Positions 9,371-19,784 are shown, counted from the stretch's first letter. The stretch is DNA of 64,000 bases from an uncultured delta proteobacterium (GCA_963769935.1 CAVYNY010000013.1:224001-288000), one strand, 5' to 3'. Numbers and translations: made by a program. Notes: generated from the sequence alone by a model not told the origin.

Positions 9371-10838
9371 TGTTTGCTTCCTTGATGGGCAGAGAAATGA
9401 TGAATGTGGCCCCTTCATCGGGATTGGTTTCGATATTGATCAGGCCGCCATGCTCTTCCACGATCCGGACGGCAATGCTCAATCCCAAACCGGTTCCCTC
9501 CTCCTTGGTGGTGAAAAAAGGCTGCAAGACCTTATCACGAATTGAATCGGCAATTCCCGGCCCGTTGTCGCTCACCCGGATGACGGCCATCCGGCCGCCG
9601 GCAGGGTTCAGCACTTCTTTTTCCTGAATGACAATGGCACCGCCTCTTTCCATGGCTTCGCAGGCATTGACCACCAGATTGACCAGCACTTCTTTCAATT
9701 GTTCCGGGTCGGCATCGATTTCCGGCAGCGGCTGCGTGCGTTCGATCCTGACATCTACATCATAGGATTTCAGGCGGTGTTCCAGCAGTTGAATGGTCTG
9801 TTCAACAACCACGGAAGGACTGATGGACTGCATAATGAGCTTGGGGGGCCGTGAAAATTCGAGAAAGTTTTGTACGATGGTGTCGATACGCCGGATTTCT
9901 TCGGCGATCACGTCAAAATCTTCTTTCTGGGTATCCGTAAATTCCAGCGAGCGGCTCAGACTGAACAGACGCATCTTCACCGAAGTAAACGGGTTGCGGA
10001 TGCTGTGGGCCATTCCGGCGGCAAGTTTTCCCACCAGCGCCATTTTTTCGATCTGCAAAAGTGATTCGCGGCTTTTTTGCAGCTCGGACTGGGTCCGGTC
10101 GACATTCTGGAGCAACCCCCGCACGCTGCGGCTGAGGGCTGTAACTTCATCTTCGTCTTTCACGGGGCTCAGGGTTTTGTCCGCTTCGGCTGCCAGCCGG
10201 CGAACCGGACTTAAAATCTGATGCCCCAGAACAAATGCCAGCAGTGCGACCAGCAGCACGCCGATCATTACGGCTGCTACGGCAATGACCCTGAGTTTGG
10301 AGGCTTCGTCCTGGCTGTCCGATTTAACCTGCTTGATTTTATGCTCATGGATCTCCTTATACTGCTCACAGAGTTCAAGCACTGAAAAGAAGATATCGCG
10401 CACCTGGCGATGCAGTCGAATGCCTTCTTCACGGTTGCCCATCTGATAGAGTCCGATGACACGGTCCTTGATTTCAATGTAGCGCGCATATTCGGTTTTT
10501 ATCCGTCGCAGGACTTTTTCTTCCTCTTTGCTGCCGGCTAATGAGAGGGCATTTTTTAAGCTCTCTTTGAAGATCTGGCGATATTCGCCCAACTGCCGCA
10601 GCCATTCGGGATTGCCTTCGATAAAATAGTAGGAAAGAAATCCTTTCTGGTTGGCCAAGGCCATTTCAAGGGCCTCGGCTGTTTGAAAGGCCACCAGCTC
10701 TTTTTCGGTCACGGTGGTCAACAGGCGCTCCATTCGCAACGAATACCAGACGGTAACAAAACCGCCGGCCAGTGTAATAAACACCAGAGCTGCCAAGATT
10801 ATGTAAATACGTGCCCGCAGGTTGATTTTATGCCACAT
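9348..10838 (-). CDS. Membrane sensor histidine kinase (two TMs, helical periplasmic sensor)
   Basis: H-box AHSIRNP, NLVVNA, DNGPG, FFTTK, GTGLGL. Confidence 0.92.
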   Translation of the reverse strand: MWHKINLRARIYIILAALVFITLAGGFVTVWYSLRMERLLTTVTEKELVAFQTAEALEMALANQKGFLSYYFIEGNPEWLRQLGEYRQIFKESLKNALSLAGSKEEEKVLRRIKTEYARYIEIKDRVIGLYQMGNREEGIRLHRQVRDIFFSVLELCEQYKEIHEHKIKQVKSDSQDEASKLRVIAVAAVMIGVLLVALLAFVLGHQILSPVRRLAAEADKTLSPVKDEDEVTALSRSVRGLLQNVDRTQSELQKSRESLLQIEKMALVGKLAAGMAHSIRNPFTSVKMRLFSLSRSLEFTDTQKEDFDVIAEEIRRIDTIVQNFLEFSRPPKLIMQSISPSVVVEQTIQLLEHRLKSYDVDVRIERTQPLPEIDADPEQLKEVLVNLVVNACEAMERGGAIVIQEKEVLNPAGGRMAVIRVSDNGPGIADSIRDKVLQPFFTTKEEGTGLGLSIAVRIVEEHGGLINIETNPDEGATFIISLPIKEANNEHDTDY

Positions 10839-10930
10839 TTTCAGTTAGTACGATCCATAACGATTTTTCGCAATGCCGTAGCCTTTCTCTTTTAGTGCAA
10901 GACTCAGATCTTTTGCAACCAATTTCAGGA

Positions 10931-11371
10931 TCAAAGATCGCCGCTGCGGCGCAAAAGCAATTTGGCTTCCGCTTTCCGGATGCGTTCCTCCTGTTCATCT
11001 TTTCTTTTGCGGGCAGATTCAAGTTTCATGGTTAATTCCTCGAAGCGGGCCGGTTTTAAAAGATAATCAAAGGCCCCCAGTTTCATACCATCTACGGCAC
11101 TTTCAGTGGTGCCGTGACCCGTCAGCATGATGACTTCCACCAGGGGAAATCGTTTTTTTATCTCCTTGAGGGTCGCAATGCCATCCATCCCCGGCATAAG
11201 GATATCCAGTATGACCACGTCAATCTCTTTTTTTTCCAGGATCTGGAGGCATTCCCGCCCGCTGTAGGCCGATGTGACCCGCTCGCCGATCTCCTCCAGG
11301 CGGAGACTGAGCATTTCGACAAAATCTTTTTCATCATCAACTATCATTACTCTGGTCGGTATTTTAATCAT
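10931..11371 (-). CDS. Stand-alone response regulator
   Basis: VDDE, LDILMPGMDG, LTGHG, KP and a short helical tail. Confidence 0.92.
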   Translation of the reverse strand: MIKIPTRVMIVDDEKDFVEMLSLRLEEIGERVTSAYSGRECLQILEKKEIDVVILDILMPGMDGIATLKEIKKRFPLVEVIMLTGHGTTESAVDGMKLGAFDYLLKPARFEELTMKLESARKRKDEQEERIRKAEAKLLLRRSGDL

Positions 11372-12591
11372 AGCGATCTTTTCTCCTTATCATCTGAAGC
11401 TTTCAAATGGGATGAGATCTTGTCGATCCAGTCCTCAACAGGGCTGCCGATCAATCCGTCGATTTTTTTTTGGCCTTTCGGCAGCCGGATACTAAAACTG
11501 GCACCTTGGCCGATCTCGCTGTCGACCGTGACCGTGCCGCCCAGCTTGTCGATAATTCCGCGGGTGACAAAAAGCCCCAGGCCGGTCCCTTCCCCGGGGG
11601 GTTTGGTGCTGAAAAACGGCTCGAATATTCTGGCCAGGTTCTCCCGCGGAATGCCCGGTCCGTTGTCGCTGACCGTAATGGCCGCATGGTCGACCGAGTC
11701 TTCCAGCGCCAGGGTGATCACCCCTTCCGTGCCGACGGCATGGACCGCATTGGTCAGCAGATTAATCAAAGCCTGCCGTATCCCGTAAGGGTCGCTCCAG
11801 ACAGGGGCCGAAGCGGAGGCAAATTTACGAATGATCTTAATATTTCTTTTTTTGGTTTCATGTTCAAGAAATTGAAGGGTTTCATCGATTAACCCCGGCA
11901 AATCAACCTGCGATAATGACGAATCGGATTTTCTGACAAAGCTTAATAGCTGGTGGGTAATCCGTTTGGCTCTATCGACGCTTTTTTCCACCTTGCTCAG
12001 GGCCTTTTCGAAATCCTCCCGGCGGTGCATGCCTTTTAGCTCTTCTCGGGCGAGCAGTTGCTGCATCCAGCCCGTCGACTCGCTGATGATGGCCAACGGA
12101 TTGTTTATTTCGTGAGCCACACCGGCCGCCAGGGTCCCCAAAGAAGCCAGCCGTTCGGTGGCGACCATCTGCTGTTCAATCTTTTTGCGGTATTCGGCTT
12201 CTTTGTGCTCTGCCGCCAGCCGGAGAATCTTCTCGCGTGCCTGAGTTATTTTATTTACCAGTTGATCCAGCTCGATCGGTTTGGTCAGGTAGTCAAAGGC
12301 GCCGGATTTAATGCCTTCAACACCGCTGGCAGTCGTGGCGTGTCCGGTCAGCAGGATGACCTCGATGCCCGGAAATTTGCTTTTAATATTTTGCAGGACG
12401 TCGATCCCGCTCATACCCGGCATTTTGACGTCCAGCACAACGACATCGATTCTCTTTTCTCCAAGCAAAGCCAGACATTGATTGCCGTCGGCCGCCTGTT
12501 CGACGACAAATCCTCTTTTTGTCAGCCGTTTGGAGAGGGGTTGACGAAAGGAGTCTTCATCGTCGACCAGCAGCAGGTGTGTAAGTTCCAT
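11368..12591 (-). CDS. Cytoplasmic hybrid receiver-histidine kinase
   Basis: N-terminal REC (LDVKMPG), AHEINNP H-box, N/G boxes. Confidence 0.92.
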   Translation of the reverse strand: MELTHLLLVDDEDSFRQPLSKRLTKRGFVVEQAADGNQCLALLGEKRIDVVVLDVKMPGMSGIDVLQNIKSKFPGIEVILLTGHATTASGVEGIKSGAFDYLTKPIELDQLVNKITQAREKILRLAAEHKEAEYRKKIEQQMVATERLASLGTLAAGVAHEINNPLAIISESTGWMQQLLAREELKGMHRREDFEKALSKVEKSVDRAKRITHQLLSFVRKSDSSLSQVDLPGLIDETLQFLEHETKKRNIKIIRKFASASAPVWSDPYGIRQALINLLTNAVHAVGTEGVITLALEDSVDHAAITVSDNGPGIPRENLARIFEPFFSTKPPGEGTGLGLFVTRGIIDKLGGTVTVDSEIGQGASFSIRLPKGQKKIDGLIGSPVEDWIDKISSHLKASDDKEKRSL

Positions 12592-12603
12592 AGTTCCTCT
12601 AAA

Positions 12604-12907
12604 AGGGTTTCAGGTTTTGTCAGGTTGGTGGTTCAGGGTTCAAGGTCAAGGTAAAGGTTAAAGGTTAAGGGTAAAGGATAAAGGCAGAAGGCGCAGGGCA
12701 CAAGGGACTCAATGTATTAGCTTGGGATTCAGAGCTTCTAAGTTTCTCCATCTTCTCGTCTTCCCAGCCTCCCACCTTCTTACCTTCTCACCATCTTATC
12801 TTCTATCCTTCTTATCTTCTTACTCTCTCACCTTCCCCACTTCTCAACTTCCCAGTCTCCCCGCATCCCAGCTTCCGTCCTCTGTCCTCTGCCTTCTGGC
12901 CTCTGTC
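12604..12907 (-). repeat. Non-coding element with an 8-bp-period array (about 17 units, purine-rich on the sense strand) and 7-bp-period flanks
   Basis: Plus-strand units TTCCCAGC, TTCTTACC, TTCTCACC, TTCTTATC at 12736-12872; same family as 52776-52987 in opposite orientation. Confidence 0.85.
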
Positions 12908-14488
12908 TTAAATGAGTCCCAATATTTTCCACCAGACCGTTGCCACCAGAATCAGCAGGCCCACTAAAATCGGCGTGGCAACCGCGCCGACCTTGGTCAA
13001 ATCCGATGACTTGAAATACCGGTAACTATAAGCAATGGCATTCGGGGGACAGCCGATGACGAGCAGCATTGCAAAGGATGTCGCCATGCCCAGGCACAGG
13101 GCCAGCACGGTGGGATTTACTCCCTCCAGCTGGGCCATGGGAATGACGATCGGCAATATCAGGGCCGCCGCCGCCACATTGGCCATGGCATTGGTGACCA
13201 GGGCTCCGAATACGGCCACGCCCGCAAACAGCAGCAGCCAGCCGCCGCCCTGGACCAGCGGGAAGAAAAGGTGTGCAAAATAGTCGGCGGCGCCCGAATA
13301 CCCCATCGCCAGGCCCAGTGAGATGCCGCCCCCAAAGATAAACAGGGCCGTTCCCCACTCCAGATTGCTGTTGATATCTTCCCATTTCAGCACACTGAAG
13401 AGGATCAAGCCGGCCACTCCCAGCATGCCGGTAACCGAATAATCTATACCATGAATGCCTTTGGTTAGCCACAAAATGAATGTCAGCCCGATAATAATCA
13501 GCGTTCGCTTTTCCATCGAGCTCCAGGGTCCGATGGCCTCATCGAATTTCGGCAATTTATATTTCGGGTTCGGCCGGAAAATCAGATAGACAACCCCGAC
13601 CGCTGCCGGCACGGTAATCAGAGCCCCCGGCAAAGCATATTTGATCCAGTCAAAAAATGTAATTTCAAGCCCGGTAAATTCTTTCAGAAAAGCCGCCGCC
13701 ACCATGCAGCGCCCGCCGCCCACCAGCGTGCCCATACCCCCGGCCGAGCAGGCGAACGGCAGCGATATCATCATAAATTTAGCCGTATTGGAATTGGGTT
13801 CGATTCCCGCGGCCCTCATCAGCGGCAGCATGGTCACAATGCCGACGGCGCAGGCGGCGGCATCGTGCATGAAACAAGACGCATACCCCAGGCTGATGGT
13901 GATGATAAAGGTGAATTTGGTAATGCTGTTGCCGGCGCGGCGGACAATAAAATATCCCATCCGTTTGGTGATACCCACCTTGTCCAGCGAAATGGCAAAA
14001 ATCAGGCAGCACATGATAAATACAACCACCGGATGCATGTAAGGCGCCCAGGCCTCTTTAACGTCTCCGACGCCCATGACGACGATGAAGACCCCGATGC
14101 AGATAGCGGTGATTTCCAGCGGAATGGGTTCGGCGATGAAAAGAAAGACCAGCACGACAAGTATCGCCAGAAACCGCTTGGCTTTGGGCGACAGCCCGTC
14201 GACGTAGTCGATTTGAACCTTTTTTAAGTTTAGCTTACCGGCCAGATCTTGCAGGTATAAACCGGGAGTTGCAACGGAGGCCGACGGCCTGAGGGCTACG
14301 GTGTACGGCCCCGCCGCATTTTTCGGATTTTCGACAAGTTCAAAGTCATCTCCGATCTGCTGCAGTAAAATACGATCGGCATCGCCGCTTATTTTAAAGC
14401 GGGTACCTTCGGGCCGGGGAAGAAGCATAACGATAATCCCAAAAATAACCGCCAATCCGAGCAAAAACCATTTGGATTTGAACCACAT
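12908..14488 (-). CDS. DASS/SLC13 family anion (dicarboxylate/sulfate) transporter
   Basis: Many TMs; FIAEPIP, SAGGMGTLVG, FGGGISLG, TNAMANVA and CPPNAIAY motifs. Confidence 0.88.
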   Translation of the reverse strand: MWFKSKWFLLGLAVIFGIIVMLLPRPEGTRFKISGDADRILLQQIGDDFELVENPKNAAGPYTVALRPSASVATPGLYLQDLAGKLNLKKVQIDYVDGLSPKAKRFLAILVVLVFLFIAEPIPLEITAICIGVFIVVMGVGDVKEAWAPYMHPVVVFIMCCLIFAISLDKVGITKRMGYFIVRRAGNSITKFTFIITISLGYASCFMHDAAACAVGIVTMLPLMRAAGIEPNSNTAKFMMISLPFACSAGGMGTLVGGGRCMVAAAFLKEFTGLEITFFDWIKYALPGALITVPAAVGVVYLIFRPNPKYKLPKFDEAIGPWSSMEKRTLIIIGLTFILWLTKGIHGIDYSVTGMLGVAGLILFSVLKWEDINSNLEWGTALFIFGGGISLGLAMGYSGAADYFAHLFFPLVQGGGWLLLFAGVAVFGALVTNAMANVAAAALILPIVIPMAQLEGVNPTVLALCLGMATSFAMLLVIGCPPNAIAYSYRYFKSSDLTKVGAVATPILVGLLILVATVWWKILGLI

Positions 14489-14510
14489 AATTTTCCCTTT
14501 CCTTTTTCAT

Positions 14511-14984
14511 TCACCTGTCGGTGGGTCGATTCAGAGCCGCTTGCGATTGCTGGTAGGCTTGCAGGATTTTCGGCAGCAACTCCTCAAGCTCACAGGGCTT
14601 GGTGAGGTAGTCATAGGCCCCGAGTGCGATGCCTTTTTTGGCTGCTTCGGCGGAGCCATGCCCGGTGAGCATGATCACTGCGAGTTTGGGGTCCATGATC
14701 CTTAAAATTTTAAGTACCTCAAGTCCGTTCATGTCTTCCATTTTCAGATCCAGGACGGCCACATCGAACTCCCGGCTGCGCAGCGTCTGGATGGCTTCGG
14801 AGCCGCTGTAAGCAGTTGTAACTTCAATATTGCGGCGGCTGATTCTCTTGGAGAGAATGTTCACAAAGCCCTCCTCATCGTCTACCAGCAGCAGACGAAT
14901 GCGCTCGGGGGAGACTTTTTGATCGGAAGTTGTCATATGCTGCAAAGCCGTAAATATTGGTTTGACGGCAATTTCATGCTTCAC
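14511..14984 (-). CDS. Stand-alone response regulator
   Basis: VDDE, LDLKMEDMNG, LTGHG, TKP; start uncertain (GTG 14984 or ATG 14936). Confidence 0.88.
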   Translation of the reverse strand: MKHEIAVKPIFTALQHMTTSDQKVSPERIRLLLVDDEEGFVNILSKRISRRNIEVTTAYSGSEAIQTLRSREFDVAVLDLKMEDMNGLEVLKILRIMDPKLAVIMLTGHGSAEAAKKGIALGAYDYLTKPCELEELLPKILQAYQQSQAALNRPTDR

Positions 14985-16698
14985 CCGTTTGTAAATCCGG
15001 GGCTGCCGGCAATGGAATGGATACGTAAAAAGTGGTGCCGACGTCCTCCGTACTTTTGCACTCCAGCTTGCCGTTCAGTTTATCGATGATCCCGTAGCAG
15101 ATCGACAGCCCCAGGCCGGTTCCCTTACCCACCGGTTTGGTGGTGAAAAAGGGATCGAATATGCGGTTGAGATCGGCGGCCGGGATCCCCTTGCCGGTAT
15201 CGGAAACTTCAACGACGATGTAATTGTTTTTTTGCCGCGAGGAGAGCTTTAAAACTCCGCCGATATTCTCCATTGCATCCAGGCCGTTGTTGATCAGGTT
15301 GAAAAAGACCTGCTGCATCTCGGAAGGTGAAATTTTCAGCGGCGGAAGATCTTCCTGAAGATCGATTTGGATTTCCACCTTACTGTATTTTGCTCTCTGG
15401 GCGGCGAGGGCCACCACATCCTCCAGCAACTCGTTCAGCACCACGTCGGAAACCGTGGCATCGGTCTTCCTGGCGAAACTAAGCAGTTTGTGAGTAATCT
15501 CCTTACAGCGTTTGCCCTGGGTTTGAATCTGGCGGATGGCTCTTTGGAGCTCCGGCAGATTTTGGCTCGACTGAAATTCTTCATCTTCCAGCAAATCTCC
15601 CATCCAGCCGGCTTCTTCCACCATGATGGCAACCGGGTTGTTGATTTCATGGGCCACGCCGGCCGCCAATTCACCGACGGAGGCCAGCTTGCCGGCCTCG
15701 ACGACTTTTTCGTTCATCATCAGTTTCTCTTCATCGGCTTTGGCAATTCGACTGACGATCACCCTGGAAAGCATAAACGCCATAAGGGTGATTGCCAGGG
15801 GGCCGAGCACCATCATGACGGTGGTTATGGTAAAGGTCTTGTTCAAATCGGCAAATGCTTCTTTTGCCCGCTGTTGATAAACCAGCAGCCATTCGCCGTT
15901 CTTCAAAAAACTGGCCACATAAATATTTTGATGGCTGGAACTGTCCGACTTGAGGACGGTGCGGATATCGTCCGGCGATACACCTGTTTCATCCATAAAT
16001 TCCGTGTAAATGGTTTGGCTGGGCAGGATCTTTAGCGACGGTTTTGTGATGGGAGTGGTCTGCAGCTCCCCCTGCCGGTTTAAAATAAATGCAAAGCCGG
16101 TCTGACCGACATGAATGCCTTCAACCATGGTATTGAAGGCCACAAAGTCGATGGTGGCCCTCAGGATCCAGGCGTTGTCCTGATAACTGTTGCGCACGGC
16201 GACGATAAAGTGCGGCAAGCCGCGCAGGCCCAAAAAGACATCACTGATAAAGTACTTGCGCTGCATGGCCTGGCGGAACCACTCGGCATCTGCATAATTG
16301 GCCTGTGCCAATTTAAACGGTCCGGCATAGGCGATCTGTTCGCCCCCGGCATTGATCACCCCCAGGTCCACGAAAACCGGGCCGTAGTCCTTTTGCATGG
16401 CCTCCAGTTTTTCCCTCAAAAACGACTCGCGGGCCAGCTGTTCAAAACCGAAGCTGCCGGCCACAAACTTTATCTCAGCCAGTTTTTCAATCAGAAAGCT
16501 GTCGATATTCTGGGTATGTTTATGCACCAGTTCCTGAAGATGGGCATAAACTTTCTCATGATATGAAGACCGGTACTGCAGGTAGATGGTGCTGCTGACC
16601 AGGACCAGCGGAATGATGGATACACTGACGATGGTCAGGATAATGTTCCGGTTGAGGGAACGGTAATATGGATTCGTCAAGCGCCTGTTTTTAGTCAT
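14974..16698 (-). CDS. Sensor histidine kinase with Cache-like periplasmic domain
   Basis: Two TMs, YADAEWF..ISDVF Cache-like motif, AHEINNP, FFTTKPVGKGTGLGL. Confidence 0.92.
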   Translation of the reverse strand: MTKNRRLTNPYYRSLNRNIILTIVSVSIIPLVLVSSTIYLQYRSSYHEKVYAHLQELVHKHTQNIDSFLIEKLAEIKFVAGSFGFEQLARESFLREKLEAMQKDYGPVFVDLGVINAGGEQIAYAGPFKLAQANYADAEWFRQAMQRKYFISDVFLGLRGLPHFIVAVRNSYQDNAWILRATIDFVAFNTMVEGIHVGQTGFAFILNRQGELQTTPITKPSLKILPSQTIYTEFMDETGVSPDDIRTVLKSDSSSHQNIYVASFLKNGEWLLVYQQRAKEAFADLNKTFTITTVMMVLGPLAITLMAFMLSRVIVSRIAKADEEKLMMNEKVVEAGKLASVGELAAGVAHEINNPVAIMVEEAGWMGDLLEDEEFQSSQNLPELQRAIRQIQTQGKRCKEITHKLLSFARKTDATVSDVVLNELLEDVVALAAQRAKYSKVEIQIDLQEDLPPLKISPSEMQQVFFNLINNGLDAMENIGGVLKLSSRQKNNYIVVEVSDTGKGIPAADLNRIFDPFFTTKPVGKGTGLGLSICYGIIDKLNGKLECKSTEDVGTTFYVSIPLPAAPDLQTGEA

Positions 16699-16742
16699 AT
16701 CTGCTTTGCCTCTTTTCGATGTCGCCGCCCGGATTTGGCTGA

Positions 16743-17177
16743 CTAGAAACCGCGCTTGGAAAGCACTTCTTTCACCCTGGCTTCCCTGATCTTTTCTTCG
16801 TGACTGCGTTTTTTTTGCGTGGCCTCTTTGACGATGTCCATCAACCGATCCATGTTACAGGGTTTCATCAGATAATCAAAAGCGCCGAGCTTCATTCCCT
16901 CAATCGCCGATTCTACGGTGGCATGAGCGGTCAGCATGATCACTTCGGCCAAAGGATAGCCGGCCTTGATTTTTTGAAGGGTTTCAAGTCCGTCCATTCC
17001 CGGCATCTTTACATCCAGGATGACGACATCGATATTGGGCTTTTGATTTAAAGTATCCAGAGCGGCCTGGCCGCTGAGTGCGGTTTTAACATCCAGATTT
17101 CTTTTTGCCAGACGCTTTGCCATGGTTTCGACAAAAGGGGCTTCATCGTCGACTAGCATTACCTGCGGGGTAATCAT
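16743..17177 (-). CDS. Stand-alone response regulator
   Basis: AGGAG RBS, ATG 17177, VDDE/LDVKMPG/KP motifs. Confidence 0.92.
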   Translation of the reverse strand: MITPQVMLVDDEAPFVETMAKRLAKRNLDVKTALSGQAALDTLNQKPNIDVVILDVKMPGMDGLETLQKIKAGYPLAEVIMLTAHATVESAIEGMKLGAFDYLMKPCNMDRLMDIVKEATQKKRSHEEKIREARVKEVLSKRGF

Positions 17178-17244
17178 TGGCCTTCTCCTTCTTTCCGGTA
17201 ATTGAAAATTTGATGCTAAATCCAGCCGGATCAGAATGCTCTTG

Positions 17245-17260
17245 AGCAAACGTTGTGCCA
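17245..17260 (-). promoter_or_regulatory. Sigma54 (-24/-12) promoter of the RR-HK-DASS operon
   Basis: Minus strand TGGCACAACGTTTGCT matches TGGCAC-N5-TTGC. Confidence 0.85.
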
Positions 17261-17356
17261 GAATCGATGCCACCAGGTATGTATGCTATTTTACTGAACA
17301 ATTGGTATTCAAAGGGATCGGCGGGCTAAAAAGTTGATCGGCTGCGGGATCTAAGG

Positions 17357-17373
17357 TGTCAGTTTTTTTTACA
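17357..17373. promoter_or_regulatory. Putative enhancer site for a sigma54 activator
   Basis: TGTCAGTTTTTTTTACA (TGT-N11-ACA) about 100 bp upstream of the -24 box. Confidence 0.5.
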
Positions 17374-17494
17374 GTTTGTTAAATAAAAAAGGGGGGCGGG
17401 GTCTTAGCAGACGGATCGGATCATGAGGTAGAGTTGGAAAATTTCCTGCTCAAATTAATATGATGCCGCACATCTGTCACCAGGGTTTGGAACA

Positions 17495-17945
17495 TTGCAT
17501 ATTGGAGTTTGGGATTTATGTGCCCTGTTAAATCGGGTTGAAAGGAATTGCGAAGTAAATGGACACCGTAATCTTCCTTCCGAAGACGGTTGCGTCATTT
17601 AGCAAATTATTTAACAGGGTATATAATCGGGTGCTTGAAATTCGGGATTTTATTGTTTTGCACCCCCCCTGATGCAACTGCATTAGAATTTTATCTGAGT
17701 TATCTCAGGGAGTGGATGCGCCGTTCTGGTATGGACATTGCAATTAACAAAGACGCGGCGGATCGATAAGCAGGGTCAATCGGGTTAAGCCTTTCAATCC
17801 CTGGCCCGGATGGGCTTGAACCGTGAACCCTGCCTGTGGGGCCGACTTGTCCCGTCGCAACTCGACCTGTTGGGTCGTAGCTGAAAGCAAAGTCCAAAGG
17901 GGGAAGTCGGAAGCCCGGCGGGCGAAGCCCCAAACCTTGACCCGG
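17495..17945. repeat. Nested short non-coding repeat elements
   Basis: Inverted pair CCCTGTTAAAT (17523-17533) / ATTTAACAGGG (17609-17619) inside a T/G-rich arm; 17845-17890 is the reverse complement of a motif resembling 21750 and 50010. Confidence 0.55.
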
Positions 17946-18092
17946 TAAGATTCGATTAAATATTTGATAAGTTGCCGGGGTAATGGTATGAAGGGTGGTG
18001 AAATTCCATTTTGGCCGGACATCCTGATCTCATCCGATCCTCTCTATTCAATGCAGCGGCCCGCCGGTTCCAACCATCGGGGATGCCGATTG

Positions 18093-19784
18093 ATGCTTAA
18101 ACAAAAAGAAGAGAAATTACAGCGCCAGACCCTGCTCCTGAGCGTAGTTTGCAGTGTCAACCAGCTGCTCATCCGCGAAAAGGACTCCGACCGGCTGCTC
18201 CAAGGCATCTGCAACCAATTGGTTCGAAACCGGGGATACCACAATGCCTGGATCATCCTGCTGGATGAATCCGGCAAACCGGTTGTTCGGGCGGAAGCCG
18301 GCCTGGGCCGGGCCCTGATGCCGCTGCAGGAGCTGCTGCTCCACGGCGAGTTGCCGGGTTGCGTGCGCCAGGCGCTGCGCCAGCCCGGCACGGCAGTGAT
18401 CCGGTCCCCCTTATCCGACTGTAAAGACTGCCCGCTGAATCGCGAACATCCTGACAGAAATGGGATGACGGTCAGACTGGGGCACGCTGCCAGGCAATTC
18501 GGCACCCTGACGGTGTCGATTCCCCAAAAGCTGATCGAAGACGAACAGGAGCACTGCCTGCTGGAAGAGATGGCGGAAGATATCGGCTTTGCGTTGAACA
18601 GCATCGCTCTTGAAAAGGAAAAGAAAAAGACCGAGAGTGATCTGCAAACGACCGTCGAAAAACTTATCGAGCGGACCAAAGAGTTGAAGGAAAGCGAGAA
18701 GCGCTTTCGCGACCTGGTGGAAAATTCCCTCACGGGAATATCGATCATACAGGACAACCGCGTCATTTATCAAAACCAGGAGCAGGAAAGGCTCCTGGGC
18801 CCTTTACCCCGCACCAGCATTCTGGGTGATTTTGCGAATATCCATCCCGAGGATGGGCCAAAGGTAAAAAAGTTGATTCATAACATCAGCTGCGGCAAAA
18901 TTCGCAAACTGGACCTGGATTTCCGTCTTTTCCCGGTGGGCAAAGGGGGCCGCAAAGGGGCCATGAAGTGGGTCTACTGCCGCGCCGTGCGGATCGATTA
19001 CCGGGGCCGGGAATCCATCCTGGCGAACATGATCGAGATAACGAAGACCAAGGAGCTCGAACAGCTGTTGATCACCCAGGACAAGATGGCGTCTCTGGGG
19101 CGGGTGGCGGCAGGGATTGCCCACGAGATCAGAAATCCGCTCTCGGGCATCAATATTTATTTGAACACCCTGGGAAAAATCTACCGTAGGGAAGAGAATC
19201 GGGACAAGGTCGAACTCATCCTTGACCATCTGAAATCGGCTTCCGGCAAAATTGAATCCGTCATCCGGCGCGTCATGGATTTCTCCAAACCGGGCGAGCC
19301 GAAATTTTCTCTGATCGACATCAACCATCCCGTAACGGAAGCCGTCAAATTAACCGCGGTTACCCTGCGCAAAAGCGGCATTAAAATGGAAACCAATCTG
19401 GCCGCCGACCTGCCTGGCTGCCGGGCGGACCGGAATTTACTTGAAGAGATGGTGTTAAACCTGATCACCAATGCCGCCGAAGCCATGAAAACGGTCCGAT
19501 CGGAAAAGAAAATTGCGATAACCACCACCGCCGGGGATGGCAGTATTGTGCTGCAGGTTGACGATTCCGGCCCGGGGGTGCGGGAAGATATCAGGGATAA
19601 AATTTTTGACCCGTTTTTTACGACCAAAAATGACAGCACGGGCATCGGTTTGAGTCTCTGCCACCGGATTGTCAGCGATCATGGAGGGGTATTGACGGTT
19701 TCTGAAAGTGAGTTGGGCGGCGCTTCGTTTAGAATCGAGATCCCGGTGGAACATAGTAATAAAATCGTAGTCAAACAGACATAA
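18093..19784 (+). CDS. Cytoplasmic GAF-PAS histidine kinase
   Basis: GAF-like N-terminus with CKDCP, ESEKRFRDLVEN PAS linker, AHEIRNP; start uncertain. Confidence 0.88.
   Translation: MLKQKEEKLQRQTLLLSVVCSVNQLLIREKDSDRLLQGICNQLVRNRGYHNAWIILLDESGKPVVRAEAGLGRALMPLQELLLHGELPGCVRQALRQPGTAVIRSPLSDCKDCPLNREHPDRNGMTVRLGHAARQFGTLTVSIPQKLIEDEQEHCLLEEMAEDIGFALNSIALEKEKKKTESDLQTTVEKLIERTKELKESEKRFRDLVENSLTGISIIQDNRVIYQNQEQERLLGPLPRTSILGDFANIHPEDGPKVKKLIHNISCGKIRKLDLDFRLFPVGKGGRKGAMKWVYCRAVRIDYRGRESILANMIEITKTKELEQLLITQDKMASLGRVAAGIAHEIRNPLSGINIYLNTLGKIYRREENRDKVELILDHLKSASGKIESVIRRVMDFSKPGEPKFSLIDINHPVTEAVKLTAVTLRKSGIKMETNLAADLPGCRADRNLLEEMVLNLITNAAEAMKTVRSEKKIAITTTAGDGSIVLQVDDSGPGVREDIRDKIFDPFFTTKNDSTGIGLSLCHRIVSDHGGVLTVSESELGGASFRIEIPVEHSNKIVVKQT

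Noticed and set aside
12736..12872. CRISPR array (also considered at 52812-52964 and 21864-21910)
   Set aside because: Units are 8 bp and degenerate, or only two copies with a 5-bp gap; no repeat-spacer structure and no cas genes
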